Assembly (NCBI GenBank): GCA_043228905.1
Contig: JBHGNT010000015.1
Location: 20,216,304 to 20,280,303 of the forward strand
DNA: 64,000 nt
Origin: Azolla caroliniana
Taxonomy: Eukaryota > Plantae > Polypodiophyta
Direction: 5' to 3'
The first letter of the stretch is position 1. Each line of letters opens with the position of its first letter. Under the pieces are notes generated by a model. That model did no database searches and was not told the origin of the DNA. It worked only from the letters and a program-made list of their open reading frames with translations. Of the stretch, positions 48,902 through 61,491 are shown in pieces. Position numbers and translations under genes: made by a program.

Positions 48902-49960
48902 ATGGAGTCGGAAGACGATGACCTTGCGGAGATGGTGGCCGAAGTGGTGTTGGAGTCAGCACGAGTGGTGATGAGGCGAGAAGTAGCGCAACAAGCGGTT
49001 GAGCGAGTGGTCGAAAGAGTCGATCGTTTCAACGGGGACAAAGTCCCATCTTACTTGGAAGCCTACAACGCGGAAATGGAGGAGCGTGGCGTAGACGAGG
49101 CGTTAAGGCTGGAGTTCTTCTGTCGGGTCCTGGCTGTCCGGATGCATGCGGAAATAAAGGAGCTCCGTGAGGCTCATAGTTCGTGGGAGGCCTTCGAAGA
49201 GGCACTCCTGAAGGCATACGGAGGACGGCGGAAGAGCCGGGGCCGACATGACTTTGACCAGTGGGTAGCATCGGCAAAGACCCACCGGGGCGCGGCCAAG
49301 GCGTTTCGAGAGTTCGAGCGGCGGCTTGCTCAGCTCCCGGAGCGGGAACAAGGTTTGGTGGGGGCAAACAAGGTCCTATTGTTCCTCAGGTCGATCGACC
49401 GAGTGGAACGGGAGGCCATCGGGATTGAGCTCGAAGACGATGATGGAGCGAATGGGCTTACGGAGGACTGGTCGAAGGTCGGAAGGGTGTGCCAACGGCT
49501 AGACAACGAGCGAGCCGAGAAGGCCAAGAGGAAGGTACGCGACGGCGTGCCATCACAGCGGAAAGAGGCCGAACGGCAAAGAGAGTCGGCAAGGGTCGGC
49601 GTTGGGTCAGGATTGCAGAGGCGTACGCAGCTCTCGAGGCGATGCTCGAGGAAGAGGAAAGACGGAGGCCGCAAGCTGAGACTGAGGAGACGGACTTGCC
49701 CGACGCAACGACGGAAGATCGGTACCACGGTACCACGGGAGAGGGTGCGGAACGAAACGCCCTCTCGACTTGCGGAGATAGAACGGCCAAGGACGAGGCC
49801 GAGATATAGATCGCGGAACCGGAACGTTGGGACCAACGGTTTCGGGCATGTCAGCCCGAGATCCCGGTCATTGGAGAAGCAAGCCCAGACGGGGCTTGCG
49901 CGATCGGTAAGAAGACGACCGTCAACCACGAAGAGTCGGTGGCTACGGACAAGGGCGTAA
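48902..49960 (+). CDS. gag-like ORF of the non-autonomous element
   Basis: AVERVVERVDRFNG and KVLLFLRSID..E..LEDD..GLTEDW align with large Gypsy gag (AIDRMVEIVGRFGG, KVLLFLKAVD); C-terminal third doubtful. Confidence 0.7.
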   Translation: MESEDDDLAEMVAEVVLESARVVMRREVAQQAVERVVERVDRFNGDKVPSYLEAYNAEMEERGVDEALRLEFFCRVLAVRMHAEIKELREAHSSWEAFEEALLKAYGGRRKSRGRHDFDQWVASAKTHRGAAKAFREFERRLAQLPEREQGLVGANKVLLFLRSIDRVEREAIGIELEDDDGANGLTEDWSKVGRVCQRLDNERAEKAKRKVRDGVPSQRKEAERQRESARVGVGSGLQRRTQLSRRCSRKRKDGGRKLRLRRRTCPTQRRKIGTTVPRERVRNETPSRLAEIERPRTRPRYRSRNRNVGTNGFGHVSPRSRSLEKQAQTGLARSVRRRPSTTKSRWLRTRA

Positions 49961-50745
49961 AACGGACGGGCAATTCTTTGTGTCTTCCCACACTTGCTCC
50001 CAAGACGATGGCAGTCGGGCCCGAGTGCCCATGTGAGTCCCAAGCGGAGGAAGGCGGCGGCGAAAGGCCAAGAATCACCGGCGAGACGATACGGGGAAGG
50101 AGCAGACGAAAGCCCACGGACCCAATTCCGGAGAACTCGACATTCGGGCCCGTATACCCATGTAAGACCGAGGAGATGGATAGCGGTACTGAGGAGTCCT
50201 GGCACAATGCTAGCGAAGATGGATGGGAAACAGCCTGCGAGGAGGCCGAGGACGGACGCGGCACGAGGAGATCTGCATTCCGATACGGGTGGAGCGTGAT
50301 CCGGCTATGGATTGTTCAATCGGGGCCGGATTCGGCGTAAAGGTGCCGATACGGGAGAGGGTGCGGGACGAGCCGCCCTCTTTTACATGGGGAGAAAGAC
50401 TGACTGGGCGAAGGTCGAGAGTTGGAAGGAGAATGAAAGCCGGTCCTATGGAGTTCCTTACACCGATCCGGCTGCCGGCCCGAATGCTGGCGTGAGTCCT
50501 ATAAGAGAGATCGGTGGCGACAGGAGAATGGGACTCGGCAATCCGGAGAATGCCGAACGGACCCGGACGAGAACCAGGCGGAGCGGACTCCTGGACGACC
50601 ATTCCGGGAGGGAGGAAGAAAGCAGGCCTACGAAGAGGCCGAGGACACGGTACGTCGGTACCACGGGAGAGGGTGCGGAGTAAACCGCCCTCTCGGCATG
50701 CGGAAAAGGACGACCCGGGGCAGGGTCGGGAAGACAAAGCGGAGG

Positions 50746-51206
50746 CCTACGGAGGATCCGTCACACCGGTTCTAGAGACTTCGGCAGTCGGCAACGCGGT
50801 CGACGTAAGACCAAGATACTGACGGTGGCGGCGAGGTGACGAAGGCAAGGGCTACGGATGGGCGGTCTACGGAGGATCCTTCACACCGGTTCTAGAGACT
50901 TCGGCAATCGGCAACACGGTCGACGTAAGACCAAGATACTGACGGTGGCGGCGAGGTGACGAAGGCAAGGGCTACGGATGGGCGGTCTACGGAGGATCCT
51001 TCACACCGGTTCTAGAGACTTCGGCAGTCGGCAACGCGGTCGACGTAAGACCAAGATACTGACGGTGGCGGCGAGGTGATGAAGGCAAGGGCTACGGATG
51101 GGCGGTCTACGGAGGATCCTTCACACCGGTTCTAGAGACTTCGGCAGTCGGCAACGCGGTCGACGTAAGACCAAGATACTGACGGTGGCGGCGAGGTGAC
51201 GAAGGC
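50746..51206. repeat. 120-bp tandem repeat, ~3.8 copies
   Basis: CTACGGAGGATCC.TCACACCGGTTCTAGAGAC recurs every 120 bp; stops in all three + frames. Confidence 0.9.
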
Positions 51207-51534
51207 TATGGGCGTAAGGATGTCCGGTCCTACGAGACTCCGGCAGTTCGGCCAACGTGCCAACATGAGACCAAGAGAGAAGGTTGGTGGCGGCGGGAAA
51301 CGGGACCCGACTACGCAGAAGACACGAGGAGAGTCTGGGAGGGACTCAAACAAAAGACACCCGAATTTTGGCAAGCATAGAAACGGAGCCCGGTCCTATG
51401 GGACCCTCACACCGAGCCGAAGACTCCGGCAGTTCGGCCAACGCGGCAACATGAGACCGAGAGAGAAGGTTGGTGGCGGCAGGGAACGGGACCCGACGAC
51501 ACGAGGTTTCGGAAGGAGCCGGTAGGGGCAAACA

Positions 51535-51716
51535 CGGGGAGGTGTGTCCGGCCAGAAAGGCACACCTTGGACAGAACAAGAGTCTCGCAAGTGGCCATCG
51601 CAGGCCAGATCGAAGCGTGACTACGGGGAGGTGTGTCCGGCCAGAAAGGCACACCTTGGACAGAACAAGAGTCTCGCAAGTGGCCATCGCGGGCCAGATC
51701 GAAGCGTGACTACGGG
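51535..51716. repeat. Tandem duplication, ~89 bp period
   Basis: CGGGGAGGTGTGTCCGGCCAGAAAGG...GAAGCGTGACTA occurs twice. Confidence 0.85.
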
Positions 51717-53014
51717 ACGGTGTTCGGCGCGGGCAGGGCCGAACGAAGGAAGCGGAAGACGGCACAAGGGAGAAGCCGGGAACAAGGTGACAGGTGCCTA
51801 GTGGACTACGCCGGGTCGGAGTCAGGGATGGCAAGAGAGGCCGGAGGAGGATCCTCCACACTCGCTTCGTAGATCTTGATAGCTCTGTCGAAGTAGCGAA
51901 GACTAGCACGGCAAGCCCGGGGTGACAAGCTGGTGGGGGCGAGGGGACGACGGCAAGCGGAAGACTCAGAACCTATTGCAGCAGCACGAAGACGGGAAGG
52001 GCCAAGCAGGCTACTACGGGGTGTTCCTAGGATGCAAAGGACACCAGTATGCGGGGAGCGGCGATGCACGATCTGGCCGGAGAAGGGGCCGACAAGGCGT
52101 GCAATGAACCGGAGTACAATACAGGCAGTGCCAAACAACGGACGAGGGTATGTGGCACACGGAGGTGCCGGAGCGAGAAGGCGAGCGCGGAGAAGACCGA
52201 AAGGGAATCCTCCACACCGTTCCGGAGACCATGGCGGTTCGAGCCGACGCGGCGATGTAAGACCATGGAGAGGGAAGGTGGCGGTGAGAGGACAAGGGCA
52301 GACGACGAGAGCGGGGCGTTCATATGGCCGAACAAGGGCCAGTGGAAGTACACGTACTACGGAGATCGCGGTAGAGGACCCATCGACTGGTCGAACCAGC
52401 CTACGGGGAGGTAAGCGCGAAGGAAGAATCGAAGCTGACGGATCAAACCGGCAGCGAGCCGGGATGCAGATCACGGAAGACCGGTTTCTCACCGGCCGAA
52501 ATCTCTCACCCTTCAACCGGACTTGGCACATACCGGTGGATGTGCAGTTAGGTGGGGGCGGATGTCGTGAAGAATTTCGGCCAGAGGCGGAAACCGGGAA
52601 ACATTGGCTACATCGGCGGGGTGCAGCGTGTGTACGCACCCATGTACATTTAGTGTGAATAACGAGGGCGCCTTTATGGCGCCGAAGAGTAGTCAAGTCG
52701 GGACAGACGGTCCCATGTAAGTCGGGGTTTATCCCACATTGTAACGCATCCCTGTCCTTGTTCTATAAAAGGAAGGGAACGCCCTTTGTGAAGAGGTTGC
52801 CCATTTTGCATTAGAGGGTATACCGTTAGGTTTAGAGTTAGTTTCTTCTTCTTCTTCTTCCCCCCTTCGTGTTCGCTTAGGGTTTTCTTCAGCTCATCTC
52901 CTGCGCAAGACCCCGCTCGGCGCGACGAGCCCGTGAGCTCCCCGACCGGCGGCTTGGCAGCTGACGACTACTGTAACCTACCTCGGTCCGGCTTGACGCC
53001 GGGAATGTATTCTT

Positions 53015-53051
<37 letters not shown>

Positions 53052-53356
53052 GTTTGCGTCTGTCTGTGTATATTCGCGTCTTCGTTGGTGTCGGGTGCTT
53101 CCCCTTTCTTGTGTTTCCTGTACTTAAGGGTGTGAGTCGGGTTGGCCTATGTGTGTGTGTGTGTGTGAGTGTGTGTGCGTGAGTCGGTGTTAAGCGCGCT
53201 CTCTCTCTCTCGCTCTCTCTCTCTCTTCGGTTGCTTCCGGTGTGCTTCTGGGATGCCCCGGAAACGGTGAAGCACGACTTCCTACGCTCCATCACTCCCT
53301 AGTCCAAGACCGCCGTGGTCCCGCCTTTCTCCACGCACGCGCGTAACAACGCGACA

Positions 53357-56300
53357 ACGTAAAAATACCTTCTGTCCAAGGTTGAATACACGAGGTTGCC
53401 TATGATGATCGGCATAAAAACGTGCTCTATCTTGAGCTGTTTTTATATTATCTCGTGCAATATGCAACATATATTGCATATCCCGAAGAAAGTTTTGCAT
53501 ACTTCGCAACTCATCATGATGTATATTAACATCAATCGGGACTTGTGGCTGAAAACCATACATCAACATAAAAGGACTATATCCCGTCGATGTATGCTTG
53601 GAGCTGTTATAAGCAAACTCCAAAATTGGGAGATAACGTTCCCATTTTGTTGGTTTTGCACCAACGTATGCTCGAAGCATGTCCTCAATAATTTGATTTA
53701 CTCGTTCTGTCTGTCCATCGGATTGAGGATGATCCGTGGAGCTCATGCTCAACGTAGTTTCTAACTTCTTAAAGACTTGCGTTCAGAAGTCACTAGTAAA
53801 CTTTGGATCTCGATCACTCACGATATCCATCGGTAACTCATAAAAACGAAACAATTCGTCAACGAATTGGTAAGCCAATTCAGGAGCTATTACCGTGGTT
53901 TTAGTAGCAATAAATCTGGCCATTTTAGTTAGTCGATCAACGACAACCCAGATGGCATCATAGCCTTTTTGGGTGCGAGGAAGGCTAACAATAAAATCCA
54001 TGGATATACTTTCCCACTTATTATTGGGAATGTCCAAGGGATGTAAAAGTCCTGCGGCTTTAAGTCGCTCGGCTTTGTTAACCTGACATTGGTGACATTT
54101 AGTCACATAGCTATATATGTCAGGACGCATCTTAGGCCAATAAAATTGAGTGGAGATGAGAATGAGTGTACAATGTATTCCAGGGTGCCCTGCTGAGGGT
54201 GCATCATGGCATTCAAAAAGAATCCTCTTTTTGACCTCGAGTAAATCTGGAACACAAACCTTCCCATTACGGTAGAGCAAACCGTTAGCAATGTGGAAGT
54301 ATTCCTTCGAGGATGTGGTGGTGTCTGTTCTAGACTCAACTCTTGCCCAGTATTTTGCAAAATAACTGTCATCAGGATACCTTCCTCGAAGGTGATCATA
54401 AAGATCTGATGTTATTTCAGTGAAGCTAAGCATGTTAACTTCACGGATGCGACTTAGTGCATCAGCGACAGTGTTCATGGAACCTTTACGATATCATATG
54501 GAAAAATCAAAGTCCTGGATGAGATCAGCCCATCATGCCTTACGACCTTTTAGGTCTTGTTGGTCACAAAAATATTTCAAGGACTCGTGGTCCGTAGTTA
54601 CCACAAAGCGATTTCCATAAAGATAATGGCGCCATGTTTTGAGCGCATGTATAACTGCAAATAATTCCTTTTCTTGAACGGTATACCGACATTGAGCAGA
54701 ATCAAGTTTCTTACTCTCGAATGCTATTGGTTTACCATCTTGATACAAGACAGCACCTATAGCATAATCGCTTGCATTGGTTTCAACCTCAAAAGGTTTT
54801 GAAGGATCAGGTAAAAGAAGTGACGGAGCCTTGCAAACCATGTCCTTGAGTTCCTTAAAGGCGAGGTCTAGTGTAGCATTCCACACAATAGGTTTTGTAG
54901 ACTTACGTGTTTGACCTTTTAAAAGATCAGTAAACGGCGTCGTCAATTGGGAGTAATTACGAAGAGACTTTCGCAAAAACCCTACAAAACCAAGGAATGA
55001 TCGAACTTCTCGAATATTCCGAAGAGTGGGCCAAAGCTTGATTTTCTCAATGCGAGAAGGATCAATTTCAACTCCTCGTTCGGTTATGAGATGTCCAAGA
55101 TAAGAAATTGATTTCTTGAAGAACTCACATTTTGAGATCTTCGCATAAAACTGTTTGTCACGCAATGTTTGTAAAACAAAGCGGACATGTCTAGCATGTT
55201 CTTGTAATGTACGGCTATAAACTAAAATATCATCCAAGAAAATAACGACAAATTTTCCAAGTTGTTCACAGAAAATGTCATTCATTTCTTGTTGAAATGT
55301 AGCCGGAGCATTGGTCAAACCAAAAGGCATAACCAAAAACTCGTAATGGCCATAGCGTGTACGAAATGTCGTTTTAGGAACATCGTCCTCACTTATTCGT
55401 ATTTGATGGTAGCCAGTACGGAGATCAAGTTTTGTAAAATACCGAGCTCCCTGGAGACGGTCAATTAGATCGTCAGCACAGGGCAATGGATACGAATTCT
55501 TGATCGTCACTTTATTCAAGCGTCGGTAATTAATACACATACGCCATGTGCCCTCTTTCTTTTTAACCAAGAGAACTGGTGCACCCCATGGAGATTTACT
55601 ATAACGTATATAACCCATTCGTAAATAGTCCTTGAGTTGCTTAGATACCTCATCTTCTTCGGATCGACTTAAGCGATACGGAGGTATACTTATTGGTGCA
55701 ACACCAGGTACAATATCTATACGATGGTCTATATTTCGTTTAGGAGGTAACCCATCAGGTAGTTCAGTTGGAAAAACATCATGAAAATCATTTAAGATTT
55801 CATCAAGTTGTTGTTGTTCAAAATATGTTAATTGAACCGAGACATTATCGATATTATAAACGTGAATGTCTGGATCAAGTACACAATAAAATAGAGTAGA
55901 ACAAGACAACTCGGATATTGATGGACACGAGGAAACAATCGAGAGGGATTGTTTTTTTACACATTGAATAAAATGCGTACAATCGTTCAGTACAAAAGAA
56001 ATGGAATGACGAACCCAATCAATAAATAAAGAAGAGTTTTTATTATAAAACCAGGGATAACCCAGTATTACATCAGTGGTACAAAGATTCATTACATGGA
56101 AGTCTACTTCCTCTATATAAGTATCAATAGAAATTCCTAATGAATGAATCGCCCCGTTGATGTATTGTACTCTTCCATCAGCCAAGTGCACCATGTAGGT
56201 GTGATCACTTACGGTGGGTTGGATTCCCCATATCTGAACCAAACGATCATTCACAAAATTGTGTGAGCTTCCCGAATCAAATAAAAATTGTACGGGAGAT

Positions 56301-57241
56301 CTTTTGATATACCCGTTTGCACGTAGTAAATCATTGGGACCCAATACATAGTGAGGGAAAGAACATTGACAATTACTTAAATGATGTGTATAGACCTGAA
56401 GGACATTAGGAATCTGACCTTTATGGTCTGCAGCTTTAGCTTTGTTGTCATGCTCTTTCCGTTCAACAAATTGCGACTGCTTAGTCCCGGGCGCTTCGTT
56501 GGGTTTGTTGTGGTCCTTCTTCGAAGTGCGTTGATAGCGAAGAACTATTTCAACGGCCTCTTCGAAGGATTTTGGATCCTTATCGTGCATTATCCAATGA
56601 TAGTCCGAATTGGGGATGCCATTGACAAAACAAGCTATCAACCAATTGTCCCCTTCTAGACCCGATTTTTGGATTTGGGTTCTAGCATGGTGAACATAGT
56701 CTTCTAGAGAGGAAAATTTCCTGCTAGAGAGGTTCATTAAAGCTTGTGCTGCCTCGGTTCGAGAGGGAGGTTGCAGAAATTGGCCCTTAAAAACTGTGAC
56801 AAAATCTGTCCAGGTATCGGGCAATTTCCCAATAGTACGGAGCCCACGCCACCAGGCGGCGGCCTTACCCCCGAGTTCTCGGCCGACATATGCAATCTTC
56901 GTACTATCTGGCGTGGGATAGAGCTCAAAATGAGACTCCCATTGTCCCAGCCATGTGCAGATTGCGTCTTCGGTTCTTTCCTTTTTGTCTCCCGTAAATG
57001 GCTTAACGACAAATGATGGTTCACCTTGTCGCTCATCAGGTCTATTAGTCTCACATTGTAGACTAATGACACGTGCCTCAAGAGCACTCTGAGATTGCCG
57101 AAGTTCGGTCATCTGTTGAGCGGTGAAACTAAGGTATTGGGTTATTTGTGCCAAATACATCTCAGTGGACATTTGTCCAGGAGGATTCCCTTGAGTTCCT
57201 TCCGCTTGAGCGGATGACATCGGGTCGTTAATTTGAGCCAT
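53357..57241 (-). pseudogene. Chromovirus gag-pol (gag, PR, RT, RNase H, INT), disrupted
   Basis: 902-aa ORF 54533-57241 (LFDSGS, FLDD) then 53783-54478 and 53282-53752. Confidence 0.9.
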
Positions 57242-59316
57242 TAAAGATTATTTCTGGAAAAGAAATAGGATAAGGTCAGAGATATAGTCATAACATCATG
57301 TCGTGATGTAAACATATCATGGGCGAGCATTAATCGATATCATTATCTCACGTCAATACCCCTCTAGACGTATGAGATGAGGTTCAAGATCAGGTTACTA
57401 TGGTATCACAAAGGTGTTTTAAAAACCATGGGGGTGACAATTTAATGTCTTTCCCTAATCTCTATATCGATTTTTTCATGGTGGCTCCCCGAGGCTCAAC
57501 CATGTATGTTCGCGTCATGAATAGTTTATACACGAAAAAAATGTTAACAATAAACTATGTTTCGGTGCCCACATATGTGGTTTCGGCTCTTTAAGTCCTA
57601 TTACAAGGACCCCGAGGTGCACTTAGACCTTAAGTCTAAACATGTGTTATAGTCATATGTATCAAGGATGTTGTATGGTCTTGGTCATATTTGAACTCGA
57701 GACCTCGAGAACAAATACATTAAACACTTGAGCCAACCAAGTAAGTTGCTCTTCTTGAATGTTTAATGTTTGATGCGTATAAGAGATATGCGAGATCATA
57801 TATGTTTTTTCTAAAAGAACATATATGTCAAGGGTCCTTATTTCGCCCTCATTTACCAAAACTATGTTGGTACGTTACCTAACCTCAAGTCTCGTAATTA
57901 CGATGGCATACGCCAAAGTGCAACCTAATGGTCAAGCCAAATGAGCCTTCGTTTCGTAGTAGGCCCACGTGGCCCATCACATGGTCACGTCATTACGAAT
58001 GCCTCTCGTAAGAACGAGCTCATGGTGGCATCGTATCCATGTAACGAGGGAGGGATGTTGGATACGTGTGTCATTGGAGCAACCTCACTTGAATGGGTCA
58101 AGCCCTACGTACTCAACATCGTTATGGCTATAGGCGTTTCTTTACGTAACGAAATCGAGGTCATCAACGGGGTTGTCAACAATAAAAAATTGTTGAAAAA
58201 GGGATGGTGACAACGCCATTCTCACAAAAATGTGAGGACGGCCACCAACATCCTTTTCCCGACAAGGACAACTTTCGATATAATCACGTAATAACGAATA
58301 TACACATATGTTTACTTATCACATATATACGATCAAATACGTATATACATGACCACATATGTCTATATCAACATATCGTTATATTAAATAGCCACAAATG
58401 ATGTGATCGAGATACGTAATCGAGGTATATACCTCTACGCACACAAAACATCCACAAATAAGAGATCATCGTAATACGCAATTGAGGTATTGACCTCTTA
58501 CGCATACGAGACCAACCGCATATCGTTTACAACAAATCAAGGTATTAAACTCATACGCAAACGTAACATATGTTCGTGAACGTAATACGTAATTGAGGTA
58601 TTAACCTCGTACACATACGACACTCATCACATGTCAAACGAGGTATTGACCTCGTGCACATATGTAAACGTTTTAGATAATCAATTAAAGACCACTATAA
58701 CATCATTGCCTTAATGAAAAAAAATGACATATAAACTAAACACATGATTAGATGGGAGAAGAGAGAATAGAAAGAAAAATTATGGAAAGAAGTTCTTTGT
58801 TGATCGTTGTCTGGATCAAGGCCGACCGCACATCGCTTGATCAGCATCAATCAAAAGACAAATGAAAAACAAGGAAACATTAGTACATAAATCTGATACC
58901 AAATATTAGAGATCTAGGTACTAAAGTAAGCTTAAGATAAGGATAAATTAATGATAGATAGAAAGGAGAAAGAGAAAGAAGGGTGTCGATCCACCAGACC
59001 ACCCCCGAGCGAAGGGATCGAGACGGACTCGAGCCTCGATCGGCGTCCCATACCACCGTCGTGGCGTCGAGTCGTACCTGGTGCTAGCGTGCTCGCTACA
59101 AGAGTTGACCCACCACAAGAGCAGAGTCTCGATGTAGTCAAAAGATCATCAAATGAGGGTAGCTAGGCCTCTTATTTATAGCGATACCCAAGGCCCCCAA
59201 GCAAGTTCACACTTGACCTAATGGGTTGTCTCAATCCCGAGGATTAAAAGTAATCCTCCCCTTCTTTACACTCTCGTTTAACCCTCACGGGATATTAAAT
59301 GGTCATGCCCGTAACA

Positions 59317-61428
59317 GAGCCCAACCGGAATCAGGTGGGTCATCAACCAAGAAGGAGAAGATAATGCGCGGTATGCCATCCGATTCTCAGTGAGCGACAA
59401 CAAAGATACGCCCAAGTCAAGCAGGAACTTTGGGGTATTGTGTCGGCAATGAAGACGGATAAAGACTACCTGATCGGGTCGGAAGAAATAATTGAGACAG
59501 ATTGTCTCCCAATCCTCGGGTTGATCTCAGGATTTGTGACACCAGATCTAGCTATGCTAAGGTGCATCGCCTATATCAAGTCTTTAAACCCAGAGATCCG
59601 CCATATTGTAGGGAAGAAGAACGTCATGGCTGACATGTTGTTGAGGGCAAGATTTGAAAATGAAGGTGACGTGGTTTTGGAAGATGAAGATGTCACCCTC
59701 GACTTCTTCAAGATGGCTCGACTATCGGCGGAAGACAAGGGCACGCTAACCCTCCACGCCTTCAACGAGGACGAGTACGAAGGGGAGTGGTTACTAATCG
59801 GCAGATTCCTAAGAACAATGACGACAGATGCTTCATTGACGAAGGAGGAGGCCCTACGAATCCGGAAGAAAGATTACCAATACTTCTTGAAGGGTGGATT
59901 CCTTTGGCGACACCCAAAAAGAAGGACAGGAATACCACGTCGAGTGGTGGTGAAGAAAGAAGAGCAAGTGACGCTAATGACCAAATTCCACGAGAGTGCC
60001 TGGGCAGGTCATAGAGGAACATGGGCGACGTTCGAGAAGTTGAAGGAGGGCCAAGCATGTACAAGGATGTACTCCATTTTGTGTGTACATGCGAAACATG
60101 CCTAGTACATTCGAATATACGTCATCATGATGAGCTACGACCGACATACCCACTCATCATACACTTCAAATGGATGGTGGATCTGGTCTCAATGCCAATG
60201 GGAGTGGGACAAATGAAGTACTTAGCTCTGTCAAGAGAAGACTTGACAAATCAAGTGGAAGGACGGGCCTTGACAAATAAGACGTCATCGTGATGAGCTA
60301 CGACCGACATACCCGCTCACCATACACTTCAAATGGATGGTGGATCTGGTCTCAATGCCAATGGGAGTGGGACAAATAAAGTACTTAGCTCTGGCAAGAG
60401 AAGACTTGACAAATCAAGTGGAAGGACGGGCCTTGACAAATAAGACGTCATCGTGATGAGCTACGACCGACATACCCGCTCACCATACACTTCAAATGGA
60501 TGGTGGATCTGGTCTCAATGCCAATGGGAGTGGGAGAAATGAAGTACTTAGCTCTGGCAAGAGAAGACTTGACAAATCAAGTGGAAGGACGTCGGTTGTT
60601 TGCAAATTTCTACTCGAAGAGGTTGTTTGCCGATACGGATGTGTGGGAAAGATAGTCACCGACCGAGGGGAGTTGGATGCACATGAAGCAACGGAGCTTT
60701 TTGAATGACTAGGTGTGAAGCTCTCCCTCACAATTGCCTACAATCCAGAAGCAAATGGGAAGATCGAGCGAGGGCATGGACCTATCGTCAAAGCCATCGT
60801 ACGAGCACGCAACGGTCAAGTTGGGAATTGGCCACGACTATTGCCCTATGCCTTGTGGGCTGATAGAACAACACACAGCTCGGTGACAGGGTATATGCCA
60901 ACAGAGCTTATGTATGGACAAAAGCTGGTAATGCCCATCGAAAGGACGATCACCTCATGGGTAGCGATACCATGGGAGAACGAGATGAACCGAGAAGAGT
61001 TATTAGCGGCACGGATAAGGCAACTTGAAAGAAGACTTGAAGATCTAGAAAAAGCGCGAAAGATGATAGAGGCAGCCCGAGTGAAGAACAAAATTCGGTT
61101 CGACAAGACGCATCGACTGCGTCCCAAGAAGATTGAAGAAGGAGATTGGGTATTGGTCTACGACAGCAGCTTTGACAATCAACACAGTACAACAAGGAAG
61201 TTCGCAAGAAGATGGTTCGGACTGTATGTGGTGACAAGTGCCAACGATAATGCCACATACCACCTTGTGGAGCTAGATGGATCAAGGTTGGTCGTACCCA
61301 TTGCGGGGAAAAGAGTAAAGATTTTCAAGAAAAGACAAGACGAGGATCCTAACCTCGATCACCTCGACGATGAAGATAATAGGACGGATGTGAATGAGGA
61401 CGTGGAAGAATCTGATTGGTCACCGTAG
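59317..61428 (+). pseudogene. Large Gypsy RNase H and integrase, with 163-bp triplication
   Basis: YAQVKQEL, IETDC, HE..AGHRG, DLVSMP, TDRGE, YNPEANGKIERGH. Confidence 0.85.
60121..60590. repeat. 163-bp tandem triplication inside integrase
   Basis: GTCATC.TGATGAGCTACGACC at 60121, 60284, 60447. Confidence 0.9.
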
Positions 61429-61491
61429 CCGAAATCTCGCACTCTCTCTTCTTGGCACGTACCAAAGGACGTGCGGTTTAGTGGGGGTGGA

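Larger units (their letters stand above)
48104..53356 (+). mobile_element. Non-autonomous gag-only Gypsy (LARD/TR-GAG-like), relative of the large Gypsy
   Basis: LTRs 48104-48864 and 52563-53356; 4-bp TSD ACGT; PBS TGGTGAACCTAACGTGAA (tRNA-Trp-like); PPT AGGTGGGGGCGGA; no pol. Confidence 0.9.
47221..59316 (-). mobile_element. tRNA-iMet-primed chromovirus (Reina/Tekay/Galadriel-type) with 1.6-kb 5' UTR
   Basis: LTRs 47221-47675 and 58904-59316; TSD TAGCC/GAGCC; PBS 58891-58901; PPT 47676-47690; same LTR family as 14908-16422. Confidence 0.9.

Noticed and set aside
50746-51206. Regular repeats suggesting a CRISPR array
   Set aside because: Head-to-tail 120-bp units without unique spacers, no cas genes, eukaryotic TE context
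51806-52696. 296-aa and 241-aa ORFs as an env-like or extra gene
   Set aside because: GC-rich, run into the LTR, no transmembrane or recognisable motifs
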